Shown: positions 47,601-56,706, counted from the first letter of the stretch. The stretch: DNA of 64,000 nt from Barthelona sp. PAP020 (GCA_040182905.1 JARQWU010000022.1:1-64000), one strand, 5' to 3'. The notes: generated from the sequence alone by a model not told the origin. Made by a program: numbers and translations.

Positions 47601-50440
47601 TAAAAATCTGAATCATAAAAAGTATCGTCTTCTTCAAGTCTAACGGCTTTAGTCTCAGGAAAATAGACATCTTTATCAATTAAATTTGTTGTTATTCTAA
47701 CTCCATAACAAGGTGTTTTGGACAATATTGCTACATAAGGAATTGATGAAGAAAACAAGATACTATGACCAGTTCTACGAATACTTCCTGCTAAGGTTAT
47801 ATCACAAGTTTCAGGAAATACCATTAGCAATGAAGCACATTTCATTGCACTGGTTCCTTTATCAATATCACAGTACTTAAACATTGTTTGACTTGATGTC
47901 ATCAATTTTTGGACATAAGGAAATGTCTCCTTTTCATCAATGTAAAAACTCTTTTGCTGTAAATCATCCAGTGAATTTATCATATGCCAGGCTAAATTCT
48001 TCAATTCAGCACTCTCATTATTCAAACGAGTTAAAGACCAATAAGATACTTTCTTTGTAAAATTTTTGGCAAAAAAAGACACAATTCTGGATTGATGCGA
48101 TAACAACAAAACAATTGAAGAGTCAGGTAATTGTATGATAGGTTTATTGCTGATATTTACCGTCATTTGAATATCGTCGGACAACAAAGAAAATTCAGCA
48201 GCTGAATCAAATAAAGAAATATTAAGAATTGCATCAAACGTTTGTTTTGCTATTTCAAAACTTTTCCAAGTATCAACAAGCGAAAACCAACGCCCTAAAA
48301 AATATCCCTGCTCTTCTTCAATGTGCATATCATTTGCAATACCAATATACCACTCAGCAAACACATCATCTTTATTTCCAGAAACAGGTTCGATATAAAG
48401 CTCCAAAATACATGGTAAAACGACCTCTATCCTTGAATTACCAAGGAGATCAAATTGAACGCGACCTAAAGATGAGGTGACAACAAGAGTACCATTTCGA
48501 AATGAACTATGAAATAACCACACTTTTCTTCGTGAAATTGCAATTCCAGGAAGGGCAAAAGTAATATTTTTGAATGAATCACTCCCAGATAGCTTAAAAA
48601 TTCGTTGTAATGTCATCATACTCAAAGAAGTTTGATCTGTTACATCAACAACATCACAAGGATCAAGACCAAGACTGTTATCAATATTATCGATCATATC
48701 ATCCCATGAGCAAGAACTGTTGAATGAACTACTTTCTAAAAGAGAATCAAACGTTTCTGAATCTAAATCTTGTATTAATATCTCAAAATGTCCAGCTATT
48801 TCAAAATGAGTGATGTTCATATCTTTATTAAGTACAAATTCAACAGTGCCCAAATTTCTCTGACCAAAATTACAATGTGAAATCTCCAATCTTTCATTTT
48901 TATAACCATTTAAACACATGTTTAAGTTTGAAGAATCTTCTGGAAGAATTGTAATACTGTAATATAGACTATCTGTATAATTAAGGTAAAACTTAACAAA
49001 ATTCACTGAACTTACATCTGAAAAAGTCTGTGTTCCAGTGTAATAATTATAACCTTTGCCTATCATTTCATCAGTGATATTCTTAGGTTCATTTCCTCTG
49101 AATATCTTTAAATATGAAGGAAAAGTACGCATACTAAAATAATTATCACTAATTAGTTGATAATCACCAAATTGGGTTGGATATAACCATATTCTTGAAT
49201 CAATTGTTGAAAATAAATTGAACTTTTCTCGACAAACAATACAAATGACTGGAGACTCTGTAGGTTTGGGTAAATTACGTAATTTGATCATATTTTTATC
49301 ATCATCAAAAATTGAAACAAATTTATTGGCAGTGTCAGCAAAATTATCCACAAAACTCAACCTAAAACATCCTGTAGCAATAGTTTCATCATAATAATAT
49401 ATATTCGGATAATATAATCTTTTAGAATTTCCTTTAATATTTGCTTGCCAAAAATCTTTCCCTCCAGAATGAGTAATCCAATAACTACCTTTACTAACCC
49501 ATTCAGGACTCATAAGCGTTGTTGTAATACTACGAAAGTTAGCTTGCGAGGGAGTATAGAGGATTTGAGAAATATCTACAACACCAAATCCACTCAATGA
49601 ACTTATTGTATTATTAACCATTCGGATTCTCAAACCAATAACCATCGTATCATCATTTGAAACAATATTAACGATTGAAGGATAATTTGGCAATACTAAC
49701 ACACTAAAATGTGCATCAATATCAAAAGTTTGATTGGGCAACTCAAGCGCACTAAAAAAAATGTAAGAATCATTCGTTAAGAAAGTTGTAAATTCATATA
49801 TTGCATCCTTGTTAACCAATAACTTATGATCCAGTGCAAACATCGATAAACAATCAACATTTGCTTTAGAATCATTAATTTTAAAGCCTTGAGTTAACAA
49901 CGAAAGTTCTACGAAATCACAATGATCAAATTTCTTAAATGTAACTGTAATATCCTTAGGAATACCATCAGAATTTCTCAATGGAACGTAAACATTGTTG
50001 GAATCAAAAAACGAAAAAATCTTATCCTCAGTAATAATATAAGCTCCAAAGAGAGTTAAGGTGATTTCTTTTTTACAACCTTCATTGGAAGAAATTTTCA
50101 AACTGGAATTTTGCAAATCTGAATCAAATTTGACATATAAAAGGTTTTCATCCGTGATCTGAAACGTTCCAGAAGCATTTATATAGGTAAAATTTATTCC
50201 TAAATTTATAAAATAACCTAACTTTTCTTGAAATGATATACAATCACCCTCCTTTATTTGAAAAGTAGATTCAAATGGTTCGTTTTTTCGAAAATTATAT
50301 CTGATAAAATCTAAGGAATGTAATATTAAATAATTATTGGGATATTCTGAAGAAATTTCAATATTGTTCCATTCTGTTTGAAAACTTCCTATTATAAAAA
50401 ATATCAACGTTATCAACAAACTTTTAATCACATAAATCAT
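44684..50440 (-). CDS. Large orphan type I membrane protein (about 1918 aa)
   Basis: First ATG at 50440 begins a signal peptide. A single C-terminal TM helix (LLIFGCVFFCVVIVGIFVYC) is followed by basic RFRYKRK and a short acidic tail. Confidence 0.8.
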   Translation of the reverse strand: MIYVIKSLLITLIFFIIGSFQTEWNNIEISSEYPNNYLILHSLDFIRYNFRKNEPFESTFQIKEGDCISFQEKLGYFINLGINFTYINASGTFQITDENLLYVKFDSDLQNSSLKISSNEGCKKEITLTLFGAYIITEDKIFSFFDSNNVYVPLRNSDGIPKDITVTFKKFDHCDFVELSLLTQGFKINDSKANVDCLSMFALDHKLLVNKDAIYEFTTFLTNDSYIFFSALELPNQTFDIDAHFSVLVLPNYPSIVNIVSNDDTMVIGLRIRMVNNTISSLSGFGVVDISQILYTPSQANFRSITTTLMSPEWVSKGSYWITHSGGKDFWQANIKGNSKRLYYPNIYYYDETIATGCFRLSFVDNFADTANKFVSIFDDDKNMIKLRNLPKPTESPVICIVCREKFNLFSTIDSRIWLYPTQFGDYQLISDNYFSMRTFPSYLKIFRGNEPKNITDEMIGKGYNYYTGTQTFSDVSSVNFVKFYLNYTDSLYYSITILPEDSSNLNMCLNGYKNERLEISHCNFGQRNLGTVEFVLNKDMNITHFEIAGHFEILIQDLDSETFDSLLESSSFNSSCSWDDMIDNIDNSLGLDPCDVVDVTDQTSLSMMTLQRIFKLSGSDSFKNITFALPGIAISRRKVWLFHSSFRNGTLVVTSSLGRVQFDLLGNSRIEVVLPCILELYIEPVSGNKDDVFAEWYIGIANDMHIEEEQGYFLGRWFSLVDTWKSFEIAKQTFDAILNISLFDSAAEFSLLSDDIQMTVNISNKPIIQLPDSSIVLLLSHQSRIVSFFAKNFTKKVSYWSLTRLNNESAELKNLAWHMINSLDDLQQKSFYIDEKETFPYVQKLMTSSQTMFKYCDIDKGTSAMKCASLLMVFPETCDITLAGSIRRTGHSILFSSSIPYVAILSKTPCYGVRITTNLIDKDVYFPETKAVRLEEDDTFYDSDFYAMLDLSTVGPTSIYVSNKVERILEIVIDNDIYLVSFQLIQVGCFSDENVSTHGFSCFRHVFESVGKSADKRQVFPIRLSQGLYRLTFSKGVIKNIQLHFYDLDSSYVLPDLKTYCPGGFIYNDSCYAFDGLFTELSIFSTTDITVDEDNNIVMKYIDGTYKQMFTLDLTFDYHLISSTMVDVTLFVDDWSVSFGTDDEIVLITKDGMIRFESLDGNKFSFVMYANEVIEIPSDSIITRVFVQPGNSEYVEDDLTGQLTVPFSRKIISATRCYLDNIAFCADETSVNSLFTYDTFSYVSQNAELEYINLNTRQGTNDTKNKVFEMDSDSILSFNAKYSYLLNSLFIKIDTMDTLLHFYADPTISHVNLYALLPGSLKYSKINLKPLFELKEGAFFIIVRIDQQYFTQNSFYRFVILPNIDELLNFDFSLSSNVLFSLTQEQTSITKYLPLSRNVVYHLTITNVLNLCTIIFDEDITILKDESSFYLYPGRKSIVVEANCKTFATFSFHIFPTTISLSDSDVKNSNQIENFSAAYNISAQMTYLCLKQAQMIFLSRKVDSTSEFVGKHYDSVSYIIPANISFQVTYLNNLKNDIMIILPFVDFKNVTFEYDQEQLLNPVEFLGFLNLQTVLKSNKTTPNCLLKLRQNQHYVFLHSDMLNTIWLLYDGTPINVTIYKEIITPTQTSIVKEITDMSDETTNIHIDSFPYSLRFFDVESLKGQTNYFKGFVSPSISNVFVIQRDLTVFSTNSVGVEAVGLEVSLDLKNSVGQLEHFWLISICNSFIEDNQIHIHVKKSIGDSKGIFQQDTVLLKSDTCINILLDPLHAKFTDFSSVFLYFSADNVTTIRIQSVTDRQLFNDENTHYSLKHQFNQQNFQFFCKFGVEYMEGNCLVSSVTEGFPMLLIFGCVFFCVVIVGIFVYCRFRYKRKDTDNQFWMDMNHKSTFLLETTELNEYDGFSQSNFYEDEPDTDVFLQ

Positions 50441-50658
50441 TTTGCATGGAGAATATACAAAAAAGAAAAAAAACAAAAATTAATATTATTATTCATTGAA
50501 AAAGAACGAATTTTGCAAGATTTTTATGAAAATAAAGAAATTATAATGAGAAAAGGTTAAAAAAAAAAGACAATAATTAATTTCCTTAATTTTGAATCTT
50601 TTCTTTGGATTCTTTATATTTCGAATGTTCGTTCTTTATTGTTTATAGTGAATATATA

Positions 50659-51867
50659 ATGCAAAATAATTCAAGTTCATTAGATTCAAATTTTCCAGGA
50701 CCAAGAGAAATTTCGAATTTGACAAATGATGAAGATCATTTTCTTCGAAATTTAAGCTACACAAAAGTTTCTGTTATCCATAGAAAAAAACCAAAGAAAC
50801 AAATTGGACCATATATTTATGAACGAACAATTGGTGAAGGTAGTTATTCTAAAGTGAGAGAGTTTACTCATTCTGAAAACGGTAAGCATGTTGCAATTAA
50901 AACATTTTCCAAAAAAAAAATGATGAGAATACCTGGTGCAGCTGAAGCTGTTAAAAGAGAGATCACACTTTTACAAGCTTTGAATCATCAATCAATTGTT
51001 AATTTAATTGAAGTGTTTGACAGAGCTTCTGATTCTAACAATCCACATCACAATAATTCCACACCAATAACCCATTTTGTTGATAACCCTGAAGCATATG
51101 AAGAAGTGGTAAACACTTCAAAGAAATGTGTGGTAATGGAATTATTGCCCAATGGATCACTAGATGAATATGTTGTTGAACATCATCCTCTGAGCGTTCA
51201 AATTGTCAAAGATATTTTCAAAAGTATTGTGTCTGCTGTTGCATATTTACATCAAAGTGACATTGTTCATCGTGACATTAAACCTGATAATATTGTTTTT
51301 GATGGTAATTGGATTCCAAAGATTACCGATTTTAATACAGCAGAGAATTTTAATGATCCTCCGGAGATTAGACAGTGGGGATCAATGGCGTTTCAACCAC
51401 CAGAAGTTGTCAAAAAAAAAGACAAAGATTTAATGAAAATCAATGGTAAAGCCAGTGATGTTTGGGCTTTAGGGGTTTTATTGTATTATTTAGCAACGAG
51501 CAGTTTGCCTTTTTCTGCAGATGAAGGGATGTTTCCAATGTTGCAAAGAATTTCTGAAGGGACTTTTGAAATTCCTGAAGAAATTAATCCTTCCATTGCT
51601 GAAATGATCGAATTTATTTTGGTTGCTGATCCTACTGAGAGACCAACCATTGAACAATTATTGCAGCATACTTGGTGTTCAGATGGGTTTTTTTCCAAAT
51701 GTTTAAGCAAATTTAAAAAGATCTTTCAACCAGAACCAAATCAAATGATTCCTGATATGAGTACACCCAGTCCTTTAATTGAACCAAGTGACCCATTAAT
51801 TGAGCCCCCACCACCCATTACACTAGATGATGATGATAAGAGTGATTTTGTTTGCTGCTTAATGTAG
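50659..51867 (+). CDS. STK11: LKB1/STK11-like Ser/Thr protein kinase
   Basis: IGEGSYSKV, KKMMRIPGAAEAVKREI (LKB1: KKLRRIPNGEANVKKEI), HRDIKPDN, GSMAFQPPE (LKB1: GSPAFQPPE), C-terminal CaaX-like CCLM. Confidence 0.78.
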   Translation: MQNNSSSLDSNFPGPREISNLTNDEDHFLRNLSYTKVSVIHRKKPKKQIGPYIYERTIGEGSYSKVREFTHSENGKHVAIKTFSKKKMMRIPGAAEAVKREITLLQALNHQSIVNLIEVFDRASDSNNPHHNNSTPITHFVDNPEAYEEVVNTSKKCVVMELLPNGSLDEYVVEHHPLSVQIVKDIFKSIVSAVAYLHQSDIVHRDIKPDNIVFDGNWIPKITDFNTAENFNDPPEIRQWGSMAFQPPEVVKKKDKDLMKINGKASDVWALGVLLYYLATSSLPFSADEGMFPMLQRISEGTFEIPEEINPSIAEMIEFILVADPTERPTIEQLLQHTWCSDGFFSKCLSKFKKIFQPEPNQMIPDMSTPSPLIEPSDPLIEPPPPITLDDDDKSDFVCCLM

Positions 51868-52150
51868 CAAATTACTACCAACAACAAAAGAAACTTTCAG
51901 AATATGAAAGAAAGAGATAAATTAATAAACATATAGATATTTCTTTATTTGTTTTGTTTTTTGTTTTTTTTTAACAAAAAATGAAAGAAATCAGATTTAT
52001 TTTTGGAGTTTTTTGTTGTGAATTCTCATTTACAGCGAATTTTTTTTTTTTTGCAACAATTGTATCCAATAACTTTTGGTCAAATAAAAAAAAACATACA
52101 TATTTACAAACATTAAAAACACAAATAAAAATAACAATGAACATTTGATA

Positions 52151-53680
52151 CTATATAAGCCCTCCAAAAGGAACTACATCCCTGCTAAAAAGAAATACTC
52201 TTTTGTTCATTGACTTTTTTTGAACTTTTTCCAAAACGCTCGCTTCAAAAGGAGAAACACAACCATCCACAATAATAGACATTGAACAAGACGCTAAATT
52301 TCTATTTTCTGAAACAACATGAGGAAAATCATCCACATTCAATTTTGACTCTGAAAATGCCTCTGCTATTTGTTCTATCAATAAGATATTATTTTTAGGA
52401 TTAAAAAAGACATTTTTTTTTTGAATTATTGCAGCTTGAGTTTTAGCAAAAGTTATCAATTCAGTAACTCTAGCAAAAGTTTCCATTTTTAATAACGGTC
52501 TCAAATCAACATTTAATTCATTATCAGAAATATTTAAACATATACAACTGGATGCTACAATACATATTAACTCTTTATCATATAATTCATAATTTTTTTC
52601 AGATAATAAAGGTAAAAGTGCTGAAATAAATTCTTTAAAAGTAATTTCACAACATTTAGTCTTCTCTTGTAATAAAATCATGTCCCAAATATCTTCAATC
52701 TTTGGCAACAATTCTTGTAAAATAAGTGTATGAGTTTCAACAGATTTTTTAAAACTATTCAATTCTTGAAGATTTTGTGCATGTTGTTCTGTTGAATCTG
52801 GTGTTATTTCTAAAGTTTTTAAATATTTAGCATTCCTTGACAAACTTTCAGCAACTTCATTGATATCTGACAGTCGATATTTGAAAAAAAATGGATCTTC
52901 TTGTTGACTGAGCATTCTTTTAGTTCCGTCATTGAAAATAATTGTGTTATTAGCTTGCAAAAGTTTAAAATGAGTTAAAAATGAATGATAATTGTTCGGT
53001 AACATCAAACATCCAAGAATATCATCATTTCGATGATAACAAACAACAACATTTTTCTTTTCAACGCCATTTTTTCCAGTTGAAAAATATGAACCAGACA
53101 AATTTTTCAGTTCTAAAATGTTTTCAAATATTTGCTTAACAAAATTGAAACTTTCATCGAATTTTGATCTAACTACATGAAATTGATGAAATCTACTAAT
53201 TGATAATAAAAAATGACTCAATTGCAATCCAAAAGTGTCTTCTGAAAATGTCAAACTGTGAAATATTTGTGTAGAATAAGAACAAAGGGAATAAGGTAAA
53301 ATTTTAAAGGAATTTATGTAATTACTACCATCTTTTAGAGAACAGACTTTTAATAAGGCAGTTAAAACATTTTTAGTTGGTGTAAATAATAAATATATCT
53401 GATATGAAAAAAAATAATTGTTATGCAAGATTCTGATTAAATCAGGAATGTTCTTTTCAAAAGGATAAATGAAAATAATACAATTTAAAGGATATTGAAG
53501 ATTGGATTCGTATTTGGCAATATCAGAAATCATAAACACTCTCCTTTCTAACAATTCTGAAAAAAGAAAATAACTGGACAGAAATTTAATAGAATTATCA
53601 TCCCCCAAAATTATTCGATTTGATGGTGTTTCGGTAATTATTTTAATTATTTCTGATCGAATAATCGAATATAATTTCAT
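52151..53680 (-). CDS. Divergent Sec1/Munc18-family protein, most like Vps45
   Basis: N-terminal IILGDDNSIKFLSSYFLFSELLERRVF, plus HRNDDILGCLM and LSQQEDPFF segments, match SM-family patterns. Confidence 0.7.
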   Translation of the reverse strand: MKLYSIIRSEIIKIITETPSNRIILGDDNSIKFLSSYFLFSELLERRVFMISDIAKYESNLQYPLNCIIFIYPFEKNIPDLIRILHNNYFFSYQIYLLFTPTKNVLTALLKVCSLKDGSNYINSFKILPYSLCSYSTQIFHSLTFSEDTFGLQLSHFLLSISRFHQFHVVRSKFDESFNFVKQIFENILELKNLSGSYFSTGKNGVEKKNVVVCYHRNDDILGCLMLPNNYHSFLTHFKLLQANNTIIFNDGTKRMLSQQEDPFFFKYRLSDINEVAESLSRNAKYLKTLEITPDSTEQHAQNLQELNSFKKSVETHTLILQELLPKIEDIWDMILLQEKTKCCEITFKEFISALLPLLSEKNYELYDKELICIVASSCICLNISDNELNVDLRPLLKMETFARVTELITFAKTQAAIIQKKNVFFNPKNNILLIEQIAEAFSESKLNVDDFPHVVSENRNLASCSMSIIVDGCVSPFEASVLEKVQKKSMNKRVFLFSRDVVPFGGLI

Positions 53681-53752
53681 TAAGAATCAACAAAATGTCA
53701 ATCAAAGAAAAAAATAAAATCCAATCCTTTTTTTCTTTTCAAATCTTCCAAA
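53681..53752. promoter_or_regulatory. 72-bp bidirectional spacer (Vps45-like and MBL hydrolase) with mirrored A-tract and T-tract
   Basis: AAAGAAAAAAATAAAA followed by CCTTTTTTTCTTTTC between the divergent ATGs. Confidence 0.6.
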
Positions 53753-54732
53753 ATGGCCACCCGTTCAAAACCAATTCATCAAAAGATTGGTGATATTGAT
53801 TGCTGGATAATTGATACTTTTTTAGAATATGCAAATGTTAATGCCACATTTGTTTTGAAACTTGATGAAGATTATATTTTAATTGAATCAGGTACACAAA
53901 TAGGAGCTCAATATGTGTTGGATGATTTACAAGAATTGAATATTCCATTTGAATCGATTAAGTATTTATTTTTAACCCGTATTTTATGATTTTTATCAAT
54001 TTTATTTTCTAACTATTATCAGATATTCATCTTGATCATGCTGGTGGATGTGGTTTGTTAGCATCCAATTTACCCAACGTTAAAGTTGTAGTGCATAGTT
54101 CAGGTGCTCGGCATTTAATTGATCCCTCTTTGTTAAACGCAGCAGCTTCATCGGTATATTCTCTTGAATATTATATGAATTTTGTTGGTCCTTTGGAAAG
54201 TACTTCTCCTGAAAAATTAATTTTGGTTGATGGACCAATGGAGTTAAAAATTAATTCACACACCTTTAAATTAGATCATTTGCATGGACATGCTTATCAT
54301 CATATTTTAATTCATCATTTAAATTCGAACACATGTTTTGTTGGAGATACAATGGGTTCAATTTATTCAACAGAATTTGGAAAATTTGTTATTCTTGCTT
54401 CAAGTCCAACTCAATATAATCCCAAAGCATGGGCAAATTCTTTAGAAAAGATCAAGCAAGTGAAACCTGACATTATTGCAGTTACTCATAAGAATATTAT
54501 TGAAGGTTATGATGAAATTGTTGAAATTTTGGACACTTTGAAAGAATTGAATGTTGTTCATGACGAAATTGCCAGAGGTGATATGGAAATTGAAAAGCAA
54601 GTCAGAGATTTATATTTCAACAGATTTATCAATCAAGGAGGCAAAGCTGAACAGTTTGATGATTTAACTGAAATGATTAAGATCATTACCGGAGGTTTAG
54701 AATACTATCGAAACAAGTTGCAAAAAAAATAG
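53753..54732 (+). CDS. Metallo-beta-lactamase-fold hydrolase (exons 53753-53978 and 54023-54732)
   Basis: The two ORF-track fragments join into one gene. Splicing restores THIHLDHAGG (HxHxDH); GHAYHH, VGD and TH motifs follow. Confidence 0.93.
53979..54022 (+). other. Spliceosomal intron, 44 nt, phase 1 (MBL hydrolase)
   Basis: GTATTT...TTCTAACTATTATCAG. It contains an in-frame stop and splits the first His codon (C|AT) of HxHxDH. Confidence 0.95.
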
Positions 54733-55354
54733 GAAATCTCTCTTTTTTTGATTTTTCAATAATTGTAAATTTTTACAGGCTGTTTTTTTATTTAAATAAG
54801 TTTAGCCATTTCTTTTGCCAATAGACAATTTTTTCTCAAAATTAAATACTTTTCTCCAACACAAAAGAGTCTTGTGAAATACAATAAATTTGGCAAAGAT
54901 CAAAATCATACTGGTTTGAACAACTTTTACTCCGATTATTTCAGATTGCACAAAAGATATCTTCCTCCTGAATATTTTTGAGAAATTGAGGTCTCAAAAC
55001 TGTTTCGAATGTAAACTTTATTTGAACATATCCAATTATCCTGATCCTCAAAGTTTCACTCAATTTATACCTCAAATTTGGAAATTATAGAGAAAAATCA
55101 GGCGAAATGAATGTAAAAAGTGTACATTCACAACTAAAGAAAAAAAAAAAAAAAAAAAACAAGAAATATTCTTTATTAAATTAAAGAACAAAAAAAAATC
55201 AATTGAGACAAAAAGAAAAGAAAAAACAAACCAAAAATATACCAATACATGGTATAAAAAATTAAAGATAATAAATAAGCAATATTTGAATGAAACCTCA
55301 ACAAATGTTAAACCTTTTAAATTTGTGTGCCATCTGAAAGAGAAACAAAAAGTT

Positions 55355-56215
55355 TCATTCAAACAATTCACCAATTTGTGGAGAAATTGCCTTGGAAGGT
55401 TGACTGTAATTGAATAAATAACAAGTATCAAACATGTCAGGATCATCAATATCCTCTAAAACATTTTTAATACCAATTTCAGTGTTGACATGATTCATAA
55501 AACTTCGTAAAAATGTGTTAATATAAAATTTATGAGAAGAATCCATTTTTTCCAAAATTTGAAAGGAAAGAAATCGTTTTCGCAATATGATAAATTCCTT
55601 TTGAAGTTTTTGCTTGACATTTGTTTCTTCATCAATTATCTCGACACTATTGTCTGAGTTAGCTACCGAATTATCATGATTAGCTTTTAAATAAGAAGAA
55701 GAAAACAAAGAAGAAGTATTTTGCTCTGAATTATTAGAAATTTTTGGTAGAGAAACATTATGATGACAATTCTTTAATAATAAACCAGATAAATGTCCAA
55801 TAGTATAAAAAATCAATAATAAATAACTTTTTGAATCAATAAACTCTTCACATTCAAAAATGTTGGCAATATAAAACAAAATGGACACAACCGACAATAT
55901 AACATCAGAATTAATAAATTTATTCCAACAATTACAAATAAAAATTAAATAAGCTCGTAATAAACTGATTTCGTTTCTGTCTTTTATTGAAAATTTATGG
56001 ATGTCATCTTCATATAATAGAAAATCTTCAAAAAAAGTGGATGTTTTTTGGAATATAATAGCATAATTTTCATCAATTGTTGTGTTGTATGTGGTTTCAA
56101 AAAATTCTTTGGTTTTCTTCAATAATACAATTATATCTTCTTCATTTCTTAAAACATTTGAATTATTTGATAAAAATGTACAATAATTGGTCAAAATTTC
56201 ATCAAAATCAACCAT
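55355..56215 (-). CDS. Hypothetical protein
   Basis: 286-aa ATG-initiated ORF with a T-tract upstream. No recognisable family. Confidence 0.65.
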   Translation of the reverse strand: MVDFDEILTNYCTFLSNNSNVLRNEEDIIVLLKKTKEFFETTYNTTIDENYAIIFQKTSTFFEDFLLYEDDIHKFSIKDRNEISLLRAYLIFICNCWNKFINSDVILSVVSILFYIANIFECEEFIDSKSYLLLIFYTIGHLSGLLLKNCHHNVSLPKISNNSEQNTSSLFSSSYLKANHDNSVANSDNSVEIIDEETNVKQKLQKEFIILRKRFLSFQILEKMDSSHKFYINTFLRSFMNHVNTEIGIKNVLEDIDDPDMFDTCYLFNYSQPSKAISPQIGELFE

Positions 56216-56373
56216 GAAGAAACAAAAAAAAAGATATTCAACAAAGGAAAAATAAAGAAAATTGATTTTTTTTACTATAACTCTAAAACAAACAAAAAAT
56301 AAAAATTAAGTCACATAACTCAATAATAAATGACTAATATTAAAATATAAAAGTATTGGGATTTAAAGGTCTT

Positions 56374-56706
56374 TCAGGATTTGCAAACTTCAAAATTGGG
56401 TTCATTTTTGCGCTGAGTTTTCAAGCTGTCATCTTTATTTTCAAGTTTTGAAGAATTTCGAATTCTATTTGTTGGAACAACAGAAAAACTTGTGTTCTTA
56501 ACATTCGTATCAGTTATTTCTGCAATGGGTTCAATAAAACGTTTTTTACGTTCAATATATTTGGAAGATTTTATTTTTTTAGACCCATTTTTGAAAGACT
56601 TGGAAATTCTTGATGCAACAGAATCTTTTTTTGGTGCGGTTTCTTTCTCATATCTATCAACACATTGTTTTTTTTTTTGTTTGAAATTATCAAACAAAAA
56701 AGGCAT
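56374..56706 (-). CDS. Small Lys-rich hypothetical protein
   Basis: 110-aa ATG ORF with an upstream T-tract, head-to-head with the TFIIB-like gene. Weak support only. Confidence 0.4.
   Translation of the reverse strand: MPFLFDNFKQKKKQCVDRYEKETAPKKDSVASRISKSFKNGSKKIKSSKYIERKKRFIEPIAEITDTNVKNTSFSVVPTNRIRNSSKLENKDDSLKTQRKNEPNFEVCKS

Noticed and set aside
55334..55371. Terminal GTGAAT...TTTCAG intron in the 55355-56215 gene
   Set aside because: The donor and branch do not match the window's intron pattern, and splicing would only swap a few terminal residues.
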